A stretch of DNA of 64,000 bases from an uncultured cyanobacterium (GCA_963740315.1 CAVUDP010000001.1:224001-288000); one strand, 5' to 3'; positions 46,577-58,127 are shown, numbered from the stretch's first letter. The notes: generated by a model from the letters alone, not told the origin. Program-made: numbers and translations.

Positions 46577-47625
46577 CTTTGACGAGCAATAGTAATGTAC
46601 TCTCCTGAAACATCAATTCCAATTGATTTTCGCTTTAGTTGACTAGCAACTAAACTTGTTGTTCCCGTTCCCATAAATGGGTCTAATATCACACCGGATT
46701 GAGGACAGGTAGCAAGGATTGGAATTTTACATAAATCTTCAGGATAAGGTGCAAAGTGAAGTTTTCGCTTTTGAGTATCTTCTGGTAAAATATCCCAGAC
46801 ATCGCTGGGTTTACTGCCATTAGGATGATATTTAAGAAAATAGAAGCCACGTTCGGCAAGTTCACGCGCTCGTCCAGAAACTTTTACCGAGTCGGAATGG
46901 GTTGTTCGTTGCTGCTTGCAAATAATCATGCGAAAGTCAGATAGTTTACCTTCCCGCACAGTTTCTAATATTTCATCAAGAGCCTTGAGTGCATTATTCT
47001 TTTGAGCATCATCAAGTGCTGTGGATAATTCAATTTGTCGTCTATAACGTACACCAGAAACACCAGTTGCAGAAACTACAGAACCATTGACTACCTTAGC
47101 TTGTCTAGGTTTCGAGCGAATTGCATCAACATCATAAAAGTAGCGGCTTGATTTTACAAAGTGAAAAAAATGCTCGTGTATATTTCGGAGTTTATCTTTT
47201 GTATTGTCAGGTGAGCCTTTTACTTTATTCCAAATAACGCTATTACGAAGAAACCAGCCTTGCTTATCTGTCATTGCCAAAGCAACTCGCCAAGGTATAC
47301 CAACTAAAGATTTACGCTGATAAGAATCTCCCATATTTAACCAGAAGGAGCCGCTAGGTTTTAATATTCGCTTTATTTCATCAAATATTGCCAGCAGGTT
47401 TTTAATATAGTCGGACCATGTAGACTCATTCCCAATTCCCCCATTTGCGTAAGCTCTTTGTCCCCAGTAAGGTGGGGATGTAATTACACAGTCGATAGAA
47501 TTATCGGGAAATAGCTTTAAAAGTGTATAAGTATCGGCTTCTAAAAATAAAGGCATGGAGTCTAATGAAGCGAGATAGTTTTTGACCTTACCTATATTTT
47601 GTAGAAGTTCGCTTTCCACAACCAT
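46558..47625 (-). CDS. Site-specific DNA methyltransferase, beta class N4-C/N6-A
   Basis: TSPPY catalytic motif first, DPFMGTGTT SAM motif last. Confidence 0.93.
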   Translation of the reverse strand: MVVESELLQNIGKVKNYLASLDSMPLFLEADTYTLLKLFPDNSIDCVITSPPYWGQRAYANGGIGNESTWSDYIKNLLAIFDEIKRILKPSGSFWLNMGDSYQRKSLVGIPWRVALAMTDKQGWFLRNSVIWNKVKGSPDNTKDKLRNIHEHFFHFVKSSRYFYDVDAIRSKPRQAKVVNGSVVSATGVSGVRYRRQIELSTALDDAQKNNALKALDEILETVREGKLSDFRMIICKQQRTTHSDSVKVSGRARELAERGFYFLKYHPNGSKPSDVWDILPEDTQKRKLHFAPYPEDLCKIPILATCPQSGVILDPFMGTGTTSLVASQLKRKSIGIDVSGEYITIARQRCGLPS

Positions 47626-47787
47626 TGAGATACCGGGAGTAACTATACAATCATAACTTTAGCGGAATTTTGGGGAATTATGGATAAGGAATTAATTATC
47701 CCGTCTGATAGTAACATTTTTAACTATTGTCCCATCTAGCTTGCTGCAAACAATCTTTGATATTTAATAAATAACTAATTTGTTCTA

Positions 47788-48519
47788 TTAATCTTCTGGA
47801 GCAGGATCTTGTTGCAATTCAAGGGCATTAGCTTCAAATGCATTAATACAGTTCTCCAACACACCCAACATAAACTCTACTTGAAAACCAATTGTAGGAG
47901 GTGTACTATATATTCCACTAAGGTAAGTAGGTCTTTTTTCTGACTCATATAACTTAAAACCATGCGTACCTTTTCCGGCTCTTCCCTCATGAATATAGGC
48001 AGAACGCATTTCTTTATATGCAATTGCACCATAACGAGATAGAGTAAGCCATTCTTCAAGCTCATTACGATTAGTCTCAGGATATTGTTTTAAAGTCTCG
48101 GTAATAATAGTTTTTAAGTTCCAATCAGCCGAAATTTGACGAAGTTGATATTGGTTAATACGTGTAGGAGTTTGACGTTCCCCAATCTTACTTAAAAATG
48201 TACATACATCTTCAGGAAGTTTCTGTTTATTTTTTTGATTGTCTATTCGGTTCCAAACATCAGGTAATGAAACAATTTGAAATAACTCACCACCGTAACG
48301 AGCAAGAAAAGCATCAAATATAATACGTTTGCCTTTTTTAGCATATTCTTTTTTAGCAATGTTTTGTGCCCATAAACTCGAAAGAGCATCGAAATGTGCC
48401 CAAAGTAGAATATTAGCTTCATGATTATGCTTTTTCAGGTCTAAATTTCGGATGAATGTGCATCTTATTCTCCAATAATTGAAAAAAGTAGTAATTCGCC
48501 ATCGCAATTCTTCGTTCAT
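47788..48519 (-). CDS. Hypothetical helical protein with HEPN-like RxxxxH motif
   Basis: 243-aa ORF, YKEMRSAYIHEG; co-oriented upstream of MTase/REase. Confidence 0.65.
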   Translation of the reverse strand: MNEELRWRITTFFNYWRIRCTFIRNLDLKKHNHEANILLWAHFDALSSLWAQNIAKKEYAKKGKRIIFDAFLARYGGELFQIVSLPDVWNRIDNQKNKQKLPEDVCTFLSKIGERQTPTRINQYQLRQISADWNLKTIITETLKQYPETNRNELEEWLTLSRYGAIAYKEMRSAYIHEGRAGKGTHGFKLYESEKRPTYLSGIYSTPPTIGFQVEFMLGVLENCINAFEANALELQQDPAPED

Positions 48520-48759
48520 GCTATTAATTATTTATGTAGTATAATTGCATAAACATGTAACATAAAGAAATAAAAAATCAAAGTTGTTTGTAACAAAGTA
48601 AGTCATACGGTTTGCGTTTGCTTTATCTCTCCTCAGCGTTAACCTCGGCACTCCTCTGCGTAAAAAAAATATATTATCCCCATTCCCACCAACCAAACCA
48701 AAACCCACGGTACACTGTTGAAATTGTGAAGGACATTCCTTAATAATCAACTGTGTGCT

Positions 48760-50907
48760 ATGGCTAATTTTTTATTGGAAGTCGGAACGGAAGAGTTACC
48801 TGCAAGCTTTTTGAGCGGTGCGATCGCGCAATGGAAGCAGCTAATTCCTCAATCTTTAAAAGAAAATTTTCTTGACAATGATGCGGTAGAAATTTACGGT
48901 ACTCCCCGCAGGTTGGCAGTTTTAATTAAGGGTTTACCGCAACAACAAGCGGATCGGGAGGAGGAGGTAAAGGGACCCCCCGCAAAGGCTGCTTTTAAAG
49001 ATGGTAGCCCCACCAAAGCGGCGGAAGGTTTCGCTAAGAAGCAGGGTGTTGATGTATCGGCTTTGGAAATTCGTCCTACCGACAAAGGTGATTTTGTTTT
49101 TGTTAACAAAAGTATCAAAGGACGTTCTACAACGGATATTCTCGCCGAAGTGATTCCCGATTGGATTTTTAAGTTAGAAGGTAAGCGGTTGATGCGTTGG
49201 AGTGATGGGGATTTGAAGTTTTCTCGTCCGATTCGCTGGCTGGTGGCTTTGTTGGATGACAAAGTTTTACCGATTGAAATCGAAAATAATTCGGAAGTTG
49301 TTAAAAGCGGTAATACTTCTAGGGGACATCGGGTTTTACATCCGGATAATGTAACCATCTCTCAAGCTACCGATTATCTTAGTACTTTGAATTTAGCTTC
49401 CGTGGTTGCTGATACTCAAACCCGAATTAATACGATTACTCAACAGGTACAAGAAGCTGCCAATAAACACAGTGGTTATGCTCAAATTTATCCCGATTTA
49501 TTAGAGGAAGTTGTTAATTTAGTCGAATATCCCTCGGCAGTTGTGGGTAATTTTGAACCCGATTTTTTAGAGTTACCACCAGAAGTTATTACTACGGTAA
49601 TGGTTTCTCATCAAAAGTATTTTCCGGTATTTAAAGCTGAGGATAGTAAAGAGTTGCTGCCTCATTTTATTACGGTTTCTAATGGCGATCCAGAAAAAGC
49701 CGATATTATTGCTAAAGGTAATGAAAGGGTAATTCGCGCTCGTTTATCCGACGGTAGATATTTTTACGAAAACGATATTAAGCAATCTTTAGAAAGCTTT
49801 TTACCGCAGTTGGAAACGGTAACTTTTCAAGAAGATTTGGGTTCTTTACGACAAAAGGTCGATCGCATTTGTAGCGTTGCCGATCGCATTTCCAAACAGT
49901 TAAATTTAGCACCCCAACAGCAAGAACATATTCAAAGAGCAGCTTTATTATGTAAAGCCGATTTAGTTAGTTCAATGGTGTATGAATTCCCGGAATTGCA
50001 GGGAATTATGGGTCAAAAATACGCTTTGAATAACGAACCGGAAGCTGTAGCCGATGCGATTTTCGAGCATTATTTACCCAGAGGTGCGGATGATATTTTA
50101 CCGCAAACTGTTACGGGTAGAGTTGTTGCTATTGCAGATAGAGTTGATACCTTAGTAAGTATTTTCGGCTTGGGAATGATTCCTACGGGTTCCTCCGATC
50201 CCTTTGCATTACGTAGAGCGGCAACTGCGATTGTTAATATTACTTGGGATGGCGATTTAGCAATTAATTTACAGCAGCTACTCGCAGATACAGCAACGGA
50301 ATTCGCTAATACCTATAACAAAGATAAAGCTAAATTAGTTGCTGACCTAGAAGACTTTTTCTTACAACGTATCCGCACCTTACTACAAGAAGAAAAGCAT
50401 ATCGACTACGACTTAGTTAATGCCGTATTGGGAGAAAACGACCCAGAGTATACAGAACGGGCATTGCAGGATTTATTAGACGTTCGCGATCGCGCTTTAT
50501 TCTTACAAGAAATTCGCAACAACGGCACCTTAGATAAAATCTACGAAACCGTAAATCGTTCTACAAGATTAGCAGCGCAAGGTGACTTAGATACCCAACA
50601 ACTCGATCCGGGCAACTTAGTACAACTCGACTTATTTCAGAAATCCTCCGAAGAATCATTTTATCACGCCGTTGTTGGCTTAGTACCGCAAACCCAAGCA
50701 GCACAACAACAGCGAAATTACCAACAACTGATAGCGGGATTAACAGAAATAGCACCAACCGTAAGTACATTCTTCGACGGACCCGAAAGCGTGTTAGTAA
50801 TGGATGACAATCCGGATATCAAGCGAAATCGTCTGTATTTACTAGGGCTACTACGTAACCACGCCCGTGTTTTAGCGGATTTCGGTGCAATTGTAAAAAA
50901 TCTGTAG
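48760..50907 (+). CDS. glyS: Glycine--tRNA ligase beta subunit
   Basis: [44 protein letters not shown]. Confidence 0.97.
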   Translation: MANFLLEVGTEELPASFLSGAIAQWKQLIPQSLKENFLDNDAVEIYGTPRRLAVLIKGLPQQQADREEEVKGPPAKAAFKDGSPTKAAEGFAKKQGVDVSALEIRPTDKGDFVFVNKSIKGRSTTDILAEVIPDWIFKLEGKRLMRWSDGDLKFSRPIRWLVALLDDKVLPIEIENNSEVVKSGNTSRGHRVLHPDNVTISQATDYLSTLNLASVVADTQTRINTITQQVQEAANKHSGYAQIYPDLLEEVVNLVEYPSAVVGNFEPDFLELPPEVITTVMVSHQKYFPVFKAEDSKELLPHFITVSNGDPEKADIIAKGNERVIRARLSDGRYFYENDIKQSLESFLPQLETVTFQEDLGSLRQKVDRICSVADRISKQLNLAPQQQEHIQRAALLCKADLVSSMVYEFPELQGIMGQKYALNNEPEAVADAIFEHYLPRGADDILPQTVTGRVVAIADRVDTLVSIFGLGMIPTGSSDPFALRRAATAIVNITWDGDLAINLQQLLADTATEFANTYNKDKAKLVADLEDFFLQRIRTLLQEEKHIDYDLVNAVLGENDPEYTERALQDLLDVRDRALFLQEIRNNGTLDKIYETVNRSTRLAAQGDLDTQQLDPGNLVQLDLFQKSSEESFYHAVVGLVPQTQAAQQQRNYQQLIAGLTEIAPTVSTFFDGPESVLVMDDNPDIKRNRLYLLGLLRNHARVLADFGAIVKNL

Positions 50908-50987
50908 TGAAAATCAACAAAACATGGTGTAAATTATGTCAATAAACGTTAGTATAAAGTTGCTTAACCAGGGTCTGCTTACAGTCT

Positions 50988-52409
50988 ATGCCTAAAGCTC
51001 ATGTAATTGGATTGGGAAAATCCGGTGTTGCTGCGGCGAGATTGTTGAATCGAGAAGGTTGGGAGGTGGAAATTGGTGATACAAAAACCTCCCCTAGCCT
51101 CCTCAAACAACAACAAGAGCTTGCTGTCGAGGGAATCACAGTTAAATTAGAGTATTCCCTAGAATTAAACGATACCGAATTACCGAAATTAATCGTAGTT
51201 AGTCCCGGCGTACCCTGGGATATTCCCCCATTAATCGCAGCGCGGGAAAAAGGAATTGAAACCATCGGGGAAATGGAATTTGCATGGCGCAATTTAAGTT
51301 CTATTCCCTGGATAGCAGTTACCGGCACTAACGGTAAAACTACCGTTACATCTTTAGTAGGTGCAATATTTCAGACTGCGGGTTTACACGCACCCACTTG
51401 CGGTAACATTGGTCACGCTGCTTCTGAGATTGCGCTTGAGCAAGGACAAGTAGACAAGGAAGAAACTTCCCCCCATCTCCCCATCCCCCCATCCCCCCAT
51501 CTTCCCCTAGATTGGATAATCGCCGAACTCAGCAGTTATCAAATCGAATCTTCCGACTCGATAGCGCCTACAATCGGGATCTGGACGACTTTAACCCCAG
51601 ACCATTTAGCGCGTCATAAAACTTTAGAAAACTACTACACAATTAAAGCGCAATTACTGCAACGTTCTCAAATGCAGGTTTTCAACGGTGACGATCCATA
51701 CTTAAGAAAAGTGGGTGAAACCGATTGGCAAGATGCTTATTGGACGAGCATTAAAGGTAAAGATGATTTAATCGGTGGTAAAGGTTTTTACATTCAAGAT
51801 GGTTGGGTTGTAGAAACGCAACATATAGCATCTTTGTCAGAACAAAAAATTATGCCGGTTTCCGCATTGCGAATGGTAGGAGAACATAATTTGCAAAATC
51901 TGCTGTTAGCGATCGCAGCAGCAAGGTTAGCGGGAATTGAAAAATCAGCAATTCACCAAGCCATTAGCGAATTTGCTGGAGTACCGCATCGTTTAGAACA
52001 TATTCGGACTTGGGAAGGAATTGACTTTATTAATGATAGTAAAGCAACAAATTACGATGCTGCCGAAGTTGGTTTAGCATCGGTAAAAAGTCCGGTAATT
52101 TTGATTGCTGGAGGTGCTGCGAAACCTGGAAACGATAAACCTTGGATAAATAAAATCAAAGAAAAAGCCTTCTCTGTATTATTAATTGGCGATGCAGCAC
52201 CAATATTTGCAAAACGCTTTGAAGAGGAAGGATATTCCAACTACGAAGACATGGGAACGATGGAAAAAGCTGTTGCTCGTGCAGGGGAATTAGCTAAAAA
52301 GCATGATGCTTTAGTAGTTTTACTATCACCAGCTTGCGCTAGTTTTGACCAATATGCGAATTTTGAAGTACGCGGTGATGATTTTCGTAAATGGTGTTTG
52401 GAATTGTAG
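50988..52409 (+). CDS. murD: UDP-N-acetylmuramoyl-L-alanine--D-glutamate ligase
   Basis: GLGKSG, VTGTNGKTT, ELSSYQ, DHLARH, NDSKATN, LLSPACASFDQ. Confidence 0.97.
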   Translation: MPKAHVIGLGKSGVAAARLLNREGWEVEIGDTKTSPSLLKQQQELAVEGITVKLEYSLELNDTELPKLIVVSPGVPWDIPPLIAAREKGIETIGEMEFAWRNLSSIPWIAVTGTNGKTTVTSLVGAIFQTAGLHAPTCGNIGHAASEIALEQGQVDKEETSPHLPIPPSPHLPLDWIIAELSSYQIESSDSIAPTIGIWTTLTPDHLARHKTLENYYTIKAQLLQRSQMQVFNGDDPYLRKVGETDWQDAYWTSIKGKDDLIGGKGFYIQDGWVVETQHIASLSEQKIMPVSALRMVGEHNLQNLLLAIAAARLAGIEKSAIHQAISEFAGVPHRLEHIRTWEGIDFINDSKATNYDAAEVGLASVKSPVILIAGGAAKPGNDKPWINKIKEKAFSVLLIGDAAPIFAKRFEEEGYSNYEDMGTMEKAVARAGELAKKHDALVVLLSPACASFDQYANFEVRGDDFRKWCLEL

Positions 52410-52437
52410 ATTAGTTAGTTTGTAAACCCGGAATCTT

Positions 52438-52645
52438 TGTAGGGTGTGTTACGGCTTTAATATATTTCCGGTCTATATTACTATTTAAATAATGCCGTAA
52501 CGCACCATTTCCGGAGTATACAACCTTACTAGAGCGCAGAGAAAAGTTTTGTAGGGTGTGTTACGGCTTTAATATATTTCCGGTCTATATTACTATTTAA
52601 ATAATGCCGTAACGCACCATTTCCGGAATTAAAACCTTACTAGAG
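52438..52645. repeat. 112-bp tandem duplication of a GTAGG half-element
   Basis: TGTAGGGTGTGTTACGGCTTTAATATATTTCCGG...GCCGTAACGCACCATTTCCGGA at 52438 and 52550. Confidence 0.85.
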
Positions 52646-52681
52646 CGCAGAGTACGCTGAGGTAAGAAGTAAAGAGGTATT

Positions 52682-52867
52682 GTAGGTTGGGTTAGACGCG
52701 AAAACGAATTTTAAAAATACTGATAATTGATAACATCGTGTCGTAACCCAACATTAACATTGTAGATAAATTGAAATATTTAAAATAGCGATAATCAAGA
52801 TGTTGAGTTACGACACAAACTTGATTTTCGATTAAAAACCATTATTATTCGTGCGTCTAACCCAACC
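52682..52867. repeat. REPIN-like palindromic element overlapping the lipoprotein 3' end
   Basis: GTAGGTTGGGTTAGACGCG ... GTGCGTCTAACCCAACC; further copies at 53861-54025 (complete) and 54048-~54150 (partial). Confidence 0.8.
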
Positions 52868-53449
52868 CTTGTCAGTAAGCATTAATTTTATTTTGCTTTC
52901 ATTCTGTCTCTTAGTCATTTGAATAACAGTAACAAGTGAAGGTATTAATTTCTGTAATTCTGAATCCTGCGCCCATTTAGGAATATTTGTTAATTTATAA
53001 GTGTATTTTACTTCCGATACCACAGTACCGGATTCATTTTGTGGTTCTGTAAAATTCACAATTTTATCAACTTCCAAATCTCCAATACAAAATAAATTTA
53101 TCGTGTTGAAGCTAAATGGTGATAACTTTATCTTACGAATTTTTTTACCTTCTGAGGTTAAATTGTAATAAGTCGATATATGAGTATTCCCAGAGGTTTT
53201 TACGCTTTTATCGCTCTTTGAAAGCAAACCTATTTTTACTAGTTTCTCAAACATTCTAGGATTTTCGTTTTTATCTGTGATATGAGGTAATTCTCCGACT
53301 CCAAAGCAATTATGACCAGATTTTGGTAGTACTTGATTAATTGCTTTGGTGAAATTACCTTCATTTGCTGTCTTTGGATTATTACAACCGATTACAAATA
53401 TTGAAGCGTAGGCAGATATGAGAGCTATTTTTGCAAAATGCATAGTCAC
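52832..53449 (-). CDS. Hypothetical lipoprotein
   Basis: Lipobox VIGC, KTANEGNF, VNFTEP..V.YTY..IPKWA, LTDKGW. Confidence 0.8.
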   Translation of the reverse strand: MTMHFAKIALISAYASIFVIGCNNPKTANEGNFTKAINQVLPKSGHNCFGVGELPHITDKNENPRMFEKLVKIGLLSKSDKSVKTSGNTHISTYYNLTSEGKKIRKIKLSPFSFNTINLFCIGDLEVDKIVNFTEPQNESGTVVSEVKYTYKLTNIPKWAQDSELQKLIPSLVTVIQMTKRQNESKIKLMLTDKGWVRRTNNNGF

Positions 53450-54238
53450 CTTGATATTTTTTTACTAAACACATATAGAAGAAAGTTTGATATTCTTCTA
53501 CCCGATCGAAAGATGAATAATTAAGAATTTTGGTAGTCGTCAGCACCACCAATAATTACATTGCTCAAATCAGAAGAAGGCAGCAGAATTTGAGAGGATT
53601 GTGCTACTAGTAATTAAGCTCAATCCAAGTAAATGCAAGATTTTCAAACTCATATTTTTATTTAAGTTTTTGTCAAAAATCAGAGAATGCGCGCCAGGAG
53701 TTTACTTGTAAGACTCATCAGTAAATTCCCTTATTCTTTGATAAGAGATTAATTATGATAACGTCAATACGGATATGCAAGCTTTATTAAATATTTATAC
53801 AATTTATGTTTTTAATTCGCATTAAACGACGATTAAAATACTCTTGTATATTTAGCCCGTGTAGGTTGGGTTAAACGCGAAAATAAATTTGCAAAATACC
53901 GATAATTGATAATATCGTGTCGTAATTCAACATTAATATTTTAGATAAATTAAGATGTTGGGTTACGACGCAAGATTAATTTTCGATTAAAAAGCATTAT
54001 TATTCGTGCGTCTAACCCAACCTACGACTAACCCAACCTACAAGCTAGTAGGTTGGGTTAGACGCGAAAACAAATTTGAAAAAAAAACGGAGAATTTATA
54101 ATATCGTGTCGTAACCCAACATTAACATTGTGGATAAATTAAAATATTTAAAATCACCATTATCAATATCTGTGGTGCGTGACGGTGAAATTAAATTATT
54201 TGATTATGTCCGATAATGTATCGCAACCGTCATACAGC

Positions 54239-54811
54239 CTACAATTCTATCCGAATAGTTTTAACCCCTTCTTCCACACTCATTTCAATAATTTGCGGCT
54301 GTTTCTCTTTAGGTAAAACGCTAATATCACCACCACTTTCCAAACGCGCAATTTTGACTTGCGAAGGTTCGGTAAGTTTGGCTTGGGAACGTAAAGATGA
54401 TTCTAAATCTTTTTCACTAATGTGACTCTTTTGCATATTTTTATAGTTAATTTCACCATCTCTAATTAAGACGCGAGATGAACCTTTAATTAATTGTTCT
54501 ATAGCGGGAAAATGAAAAGATATTCCAGCAAATAACCAATGCATTCCTACTAACACAAATCCAGCGCCTATAGTCGGAAAAAACGGTGCGGAACCATTAA
54601 TAGTACGACTTAAAGTAGAACCAAAAATAATACTTAAAATAACATCAAAAGCAGCATATTTACCAAGAAAACGTCTGTCCCCTGCTATCCTTACCATTAT
54701 CCATCCAGCAACATAAATAACCGCCGCTCTCAACCCCATCTGCCATAAATTTAATTCTTTAGCATCCAATCCTAAAGCATAATTAATTCCGCTCCCAATT
54801 CCATCCAACAT
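54239..54811 (-). CDS. DUF421/YetF family membrane protein
   Basis: Three TM helices, AFDVILSI, LIRDGEI, ARLESGGDISV. Confidence 0.88.
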   Translation of the reverse strand: MLDGIGSGINYALGLDAKELNLWQMGLRAAVIYVAGWIMVRIAGDRRFLGKYAAFDVILSIIFGSTLSRTINGSAPFFPTIGAGFVLVGMHWLFAGISFHFPAIEQLIKGSSRVLIRDGEINYKNMQKSHISEKDLESSLRSQAKLTEPSQVKIARLESGGDISVLPKEKQPQIIEMSVEEGVKTIRIEL

Positions 54812-54834
54812 CAGTCTTTTAACCTTTAACCTAA

Positions 54835-55902
54835 TTAATGCAACATCACATCATCAATCATTGTCTCATCATCCAAACTACTAGCTCTATTAGTAGTCAA
54901 ACTAGAACAAATAGCATCCCAAGTCCAACCATCATTTTGAGCTAATGCTAAAAGGAATCTTCGACGTTTAGTTATAATCTTAATTCTTTCCCAAAATTCA
55001 TCATCACTAACTGTGGGAATACCTTTACTTCGCAGCATTTCCAAAGAAGGAAGTTGGGGATTGTAGGAAGCAGGTTCTAAATAAGCTGATTTAAGAGTTT
55101 TCAAAAAAGCCGCGCTAGCTCTCCTTGCAGCACCTAAAACCCCAGGCTCAGGTTGATATTTATCTGGAATTGCATATTGCAACAAAGTCAAAGCTTCATC
55201 TAATGCAATCAGACTTAAGGGTAAAGACCTAGCTCGTTCTACACTATGGAAATAATGTAAAATTGGATATGCTAAATGTTTTTCTCCTTGGTCAGTTAAA
55301 GTTGGTGTCAAAGAGCTTAAATGGGAAGATAAGCCTCCAAAATCTTGACCATTCCAAGCTCGAATCAAGATTTCGTCGGCCGTTCCTCCTAATGAAGAAA
55401 TATAGGTAGCAAAAGCGCGTTTTTCCGAAGCTGCCGAAACAATTGGTAATAGGTAAGCAATACTTAAAGTTACTAGGAAAAAACCACTCACTGATGATAT
55501 TGCTGTCGCTATTTGCCAAACTCTTCCTTGAGCTTGATAGTCTCCCATTCCTAAAGTAGATATCGTATAGCCGACAAAATAAATTCTTTCCCAAATATCT
55601 GCCGGTATTTTGGAAGAAGCATTAACGACAGCTGAATTTTCAGCACAAAATATCAGTGCCCAACCAATCCAAGTTAATATAAACCAAGCTAAGGCTATTC
55701 CGGTTAATAGAACTAAACCTGTAATTGATAATAGTCGGTGACTAGATTTTTTACGATGAATTTGCAATACTAACCACCATATCCCGCTAGAAACTCTACT
55801 GGTAATTGGTCCTCCTCCTCCCACGGTTAGAGTAGTTATCAATACATCCAAAGTCGTATAAGTTAGTATTGCTATTCCTAAAATTATTAATAAGATTGAC
55901 AT
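54835..55902 (-). CDS. Potassium-channel-like (Ion_trans_2) protein
   Basis: IYFVGYTISTLGMGD pore-loop variant flanked by TM helices; YPILHYFH. Confidence 0.85.
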   Translation of the reverse strand: MSILLIILGIAILTYTTLDVLITTLTVGGGGPITSRVSSGIWWLVLQIHRKKSSHRLLSITGLVLLTGIALAWFILTWIGWALIFCAENSAVVNASSKIPADIWERIYFVGYTISTLGMGDYQAQGRVWQIATAISSVSGFFLVTLSIAYLLPIVSAASEKRAFATYISSLGGTADEILIRAWNGQDFGGLSSHLSSLTPTLTDQGEKHLAYPILHYFHSVERARSLPLSLIALDEALTLLQYAIPDKYQPEPGVLGAARRASAAFLKTLKSAYLEPASYNPQLPSLEMLRSKGIPTVSDDEFWERIKIITKRRRFLLALAQNDGWTWDAICSSLTTNRASSLDDETMIDDVMLH

Positions 55903-56399
55903 AATTTTGATTGCATAATTTATTGTTAGATTTTTGCATTCGGGTATTAAAAATATTATTTAAATACCTGCGATCGCAGCATCTTATTTTCCATAAAACG
56001 CTTATGATGTAGAATAAATATTGGTTATAGTATGATTAAACTGCAATAATATATTCGCTATTTTTCAATCAAATATGTACGTATTTAATAACTATACACT
56101 TGATAACAGTTATATAGCTTGCCGTGCATCTACCTAAAGTTTACTGTTTTCCAAGTATCTGTCAAACGGTAAAAATTATCTATTCAATTTGAAGAAGAAT
56201 GCGTGGCTAAGTGTGAAGATATTTTAAGCTAGATTAAAAATTATTAGCGAGACGTACAATTTTAAATTCAAATTTTAAATAATAATTCTCAGTGGACGGA
56301 ATTCTCACCATAATAACGAGCGTAAACATCCATCGGTTATTGGCTTGAAACAGCTACAATACCTATTGATTGCTAATATTGCTCGAATATAGAAATTTT

Positions 56400-57881
56400 A
56401 TGACTGCTACGACTGTAAAAACTGATTACGAAGCGATAATTGGTCTAGAAACCCATTGTCAACTCGCTACTAAAACTAAGATTTTTTCTGATAGCTCTAC
56501 AGAATTTGGTGCCGATCCTAATACTAACATCGACCCGGTTTGCATGGGTTTACCTGGAGTTTTGCCGGTACTCAACGAAAAAGTATTAGAATACGCCGTA
56601 AAAGCAGGTTTGGCTCTTAATTGTCAAATTGCTAAATATAGTAAGTTCGATCGCAAGCAGTATTTTTATCCCGATTTACCAAAAAATTACCAAATTTCTC
56701 AGTACGATTTACCGATCGCCGAACACGGTTTTATCGAGATTGAGTTAGTTGATAGCGAAGGTAATCCCACTCGTAAAAGGATTGGTATTACTCGCTTGCA
56801 TATGGAAGAAGATGCTGGAAAATTAGTTCACGCCGGAAGCGATCGCCTAAGTGGATCGAGTTATTCTCTGGTAGACTACAATCGAGCCGGTATCCCGTTA
56901 ATCGAAATCGTTTCCGAACCCGATATCCGATCCGGACAAGAAGCTGCCGAATACGCTCAAGAATTACGCCGAATTGTCCGCTATCTCGGTGTCAGCGACG
57001 GTAATATGCAAGAAGGTTCGCTGCGTTGCGATGTGAACATTTCCGTTCGTCCGGTGGGACAAAAGGAATTTGGCACAAAAGTCGAAATTAAGAATATGAA
57101 CTCGTTCAGCGCCATTCAAAAAGCGATCGAACACGAAATTGAACGTCAAATCGAAGCCGTTGAATCGGGTGAAAAAATTATTCAAGAAACTCGTCTTTGG
57201 GAAGAAGGTTCTCAACGCACTATTAGTATGCGAGTTAAGGAAGGCTCTTCCGATTACCGTTATTTTCCCGAACCCGATTTAGCACCAATTGAGGTAACAC
57301 AAGAGCAATTAAAGAGTTGGGAAAGCGAGTTACCAGATTTACCCGCGAAAAAACGCCATCATTATGAAACCGAATTGGGACTTTCCGCATACGATGCGCG
57401 AGTTTTAACCGAGGAGCGGGCAACTGCCGAATATTTTGAAGCTGTTGTCGAGAAGGGAGCAAATTCCAAAACTGCCGCAAACTGGATTATGGGCGATATT
57501 GCGGCTTATCTCAACAAACAAAAGCTGAATATTTCTGAAATTAATTTGACACCAAGCAATTTAGCCGATGTCGTCAAGCTGATTGACAAAGGTGAGATTA
57601 GTAATGCCAAAGCCAAAGAGAAATTACCAGATTTACTCAAAGGTGATTCTCCCAAAGATATTTTTGCTGGCGAAAAACTAATTACAGATCCAGCCGTACT
57701 CGAACCTTTAATCGATGAAGCTATAGCTGGAAACCCCAAAGAAGTCGAAAAATATCGCAGCGGTAAAACCAATGTTAAAGGCTTTTTTGTCGGACAAGTT
57801 CTCAAAAAGACTGGAAAACGCGCCGATCCAAAATTAACCAATCAGTTGGTAGACAAGAAACTCCAAGCTTTACTTGAATAA
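56400..57881 (+). CDS. gatB: Asp/Glu-tRNA amidotransferase subunit B
   Basis: IGLETHCQL, FDRKQYFYPDLPK, HMEEDAGK, DYRYFPEPDL; ATG 56400 preferred start. Confidence 0.98.
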   Translation: MTATTVKTDYEAIIGLETHCQLATKTKIFSDSSTEFGADPNTNIDPVCMGLPGVLPVLNEKVLEYAVKAGLALNCQIAKYSKFDRKQYFYPDLPKNYQISQYDLPIAEHGFIEIELVDSEGNPTRKRIGITRLHMEEDAGKLVHAGSDRLSGSSYSLVDYNRAGIPLIEIVSEPDIRSGQEAAEYAQELRRIVRYLGVSDGNMQEGSLRCDVNISVRPVGQKEFGTKVEIKNMNSFSAIQKAIEHEIERQIEAVESGEKIIQETRLWEEGSQRTISMRVKEGSSDYRYFPEPDLAPIEVTQEQLKSWESELPDLPAKKRHHYETELGLSAYDARVLTEERATAEYFEAVVEKGANSKTAANWIMGDIAAYLNKQKLNISEINLTPSNLADVVKLIDKGEISNAKAKEKLPDLLKGDSPKDIFAGEKLITDPAVLEPLIDEAIAGNPKEVEKYRSGKTNVKGFFVGQVLKKTGKRADPKLTNQLVDKKLQALLE

Positions 57882-58091
57882 ATCATTGATGTAGAGACGT
57901 TGCAGTGCAACGTCTCCGTGTATTTTGGTTCGTATGAAGAATCTATGAACATTAAATTTATATATATAATCTCCCAAAGCCTTGATTTAGCGCCAATACT
58001 TTCCTAATTTTTACTTAATAAAAGCGTATTAAAAATAACCTACAGTATTTATACGTAAATTTCTTCACAAAATCTTTATCAAAAATGAATA

Positions 58092-58127
58092 AAGGGGCGA
58101 CACCCCCCATCCCTTCAATGCTATATT
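58092..58127 (+). promoter_or_regulatory. HetR-type palindrome + extended -10 promoter, unit 1 (same layout at 58276, 58421, 58591)
   Basis: AAGGGG-N5-CCCCCC whose start lies exactly 30 bp before the -10 hexamer (TG-n-TA..AT/T) in all four units. Confidence 0.7.

Noticed and set aside
56124..56133. GTGCATCTAC complementary to the sRNA seed upstream of gatB
   Set aside because: Only 10 nt, ~270 bp from the start codon, no evidence it is transcribed; compatible with chance
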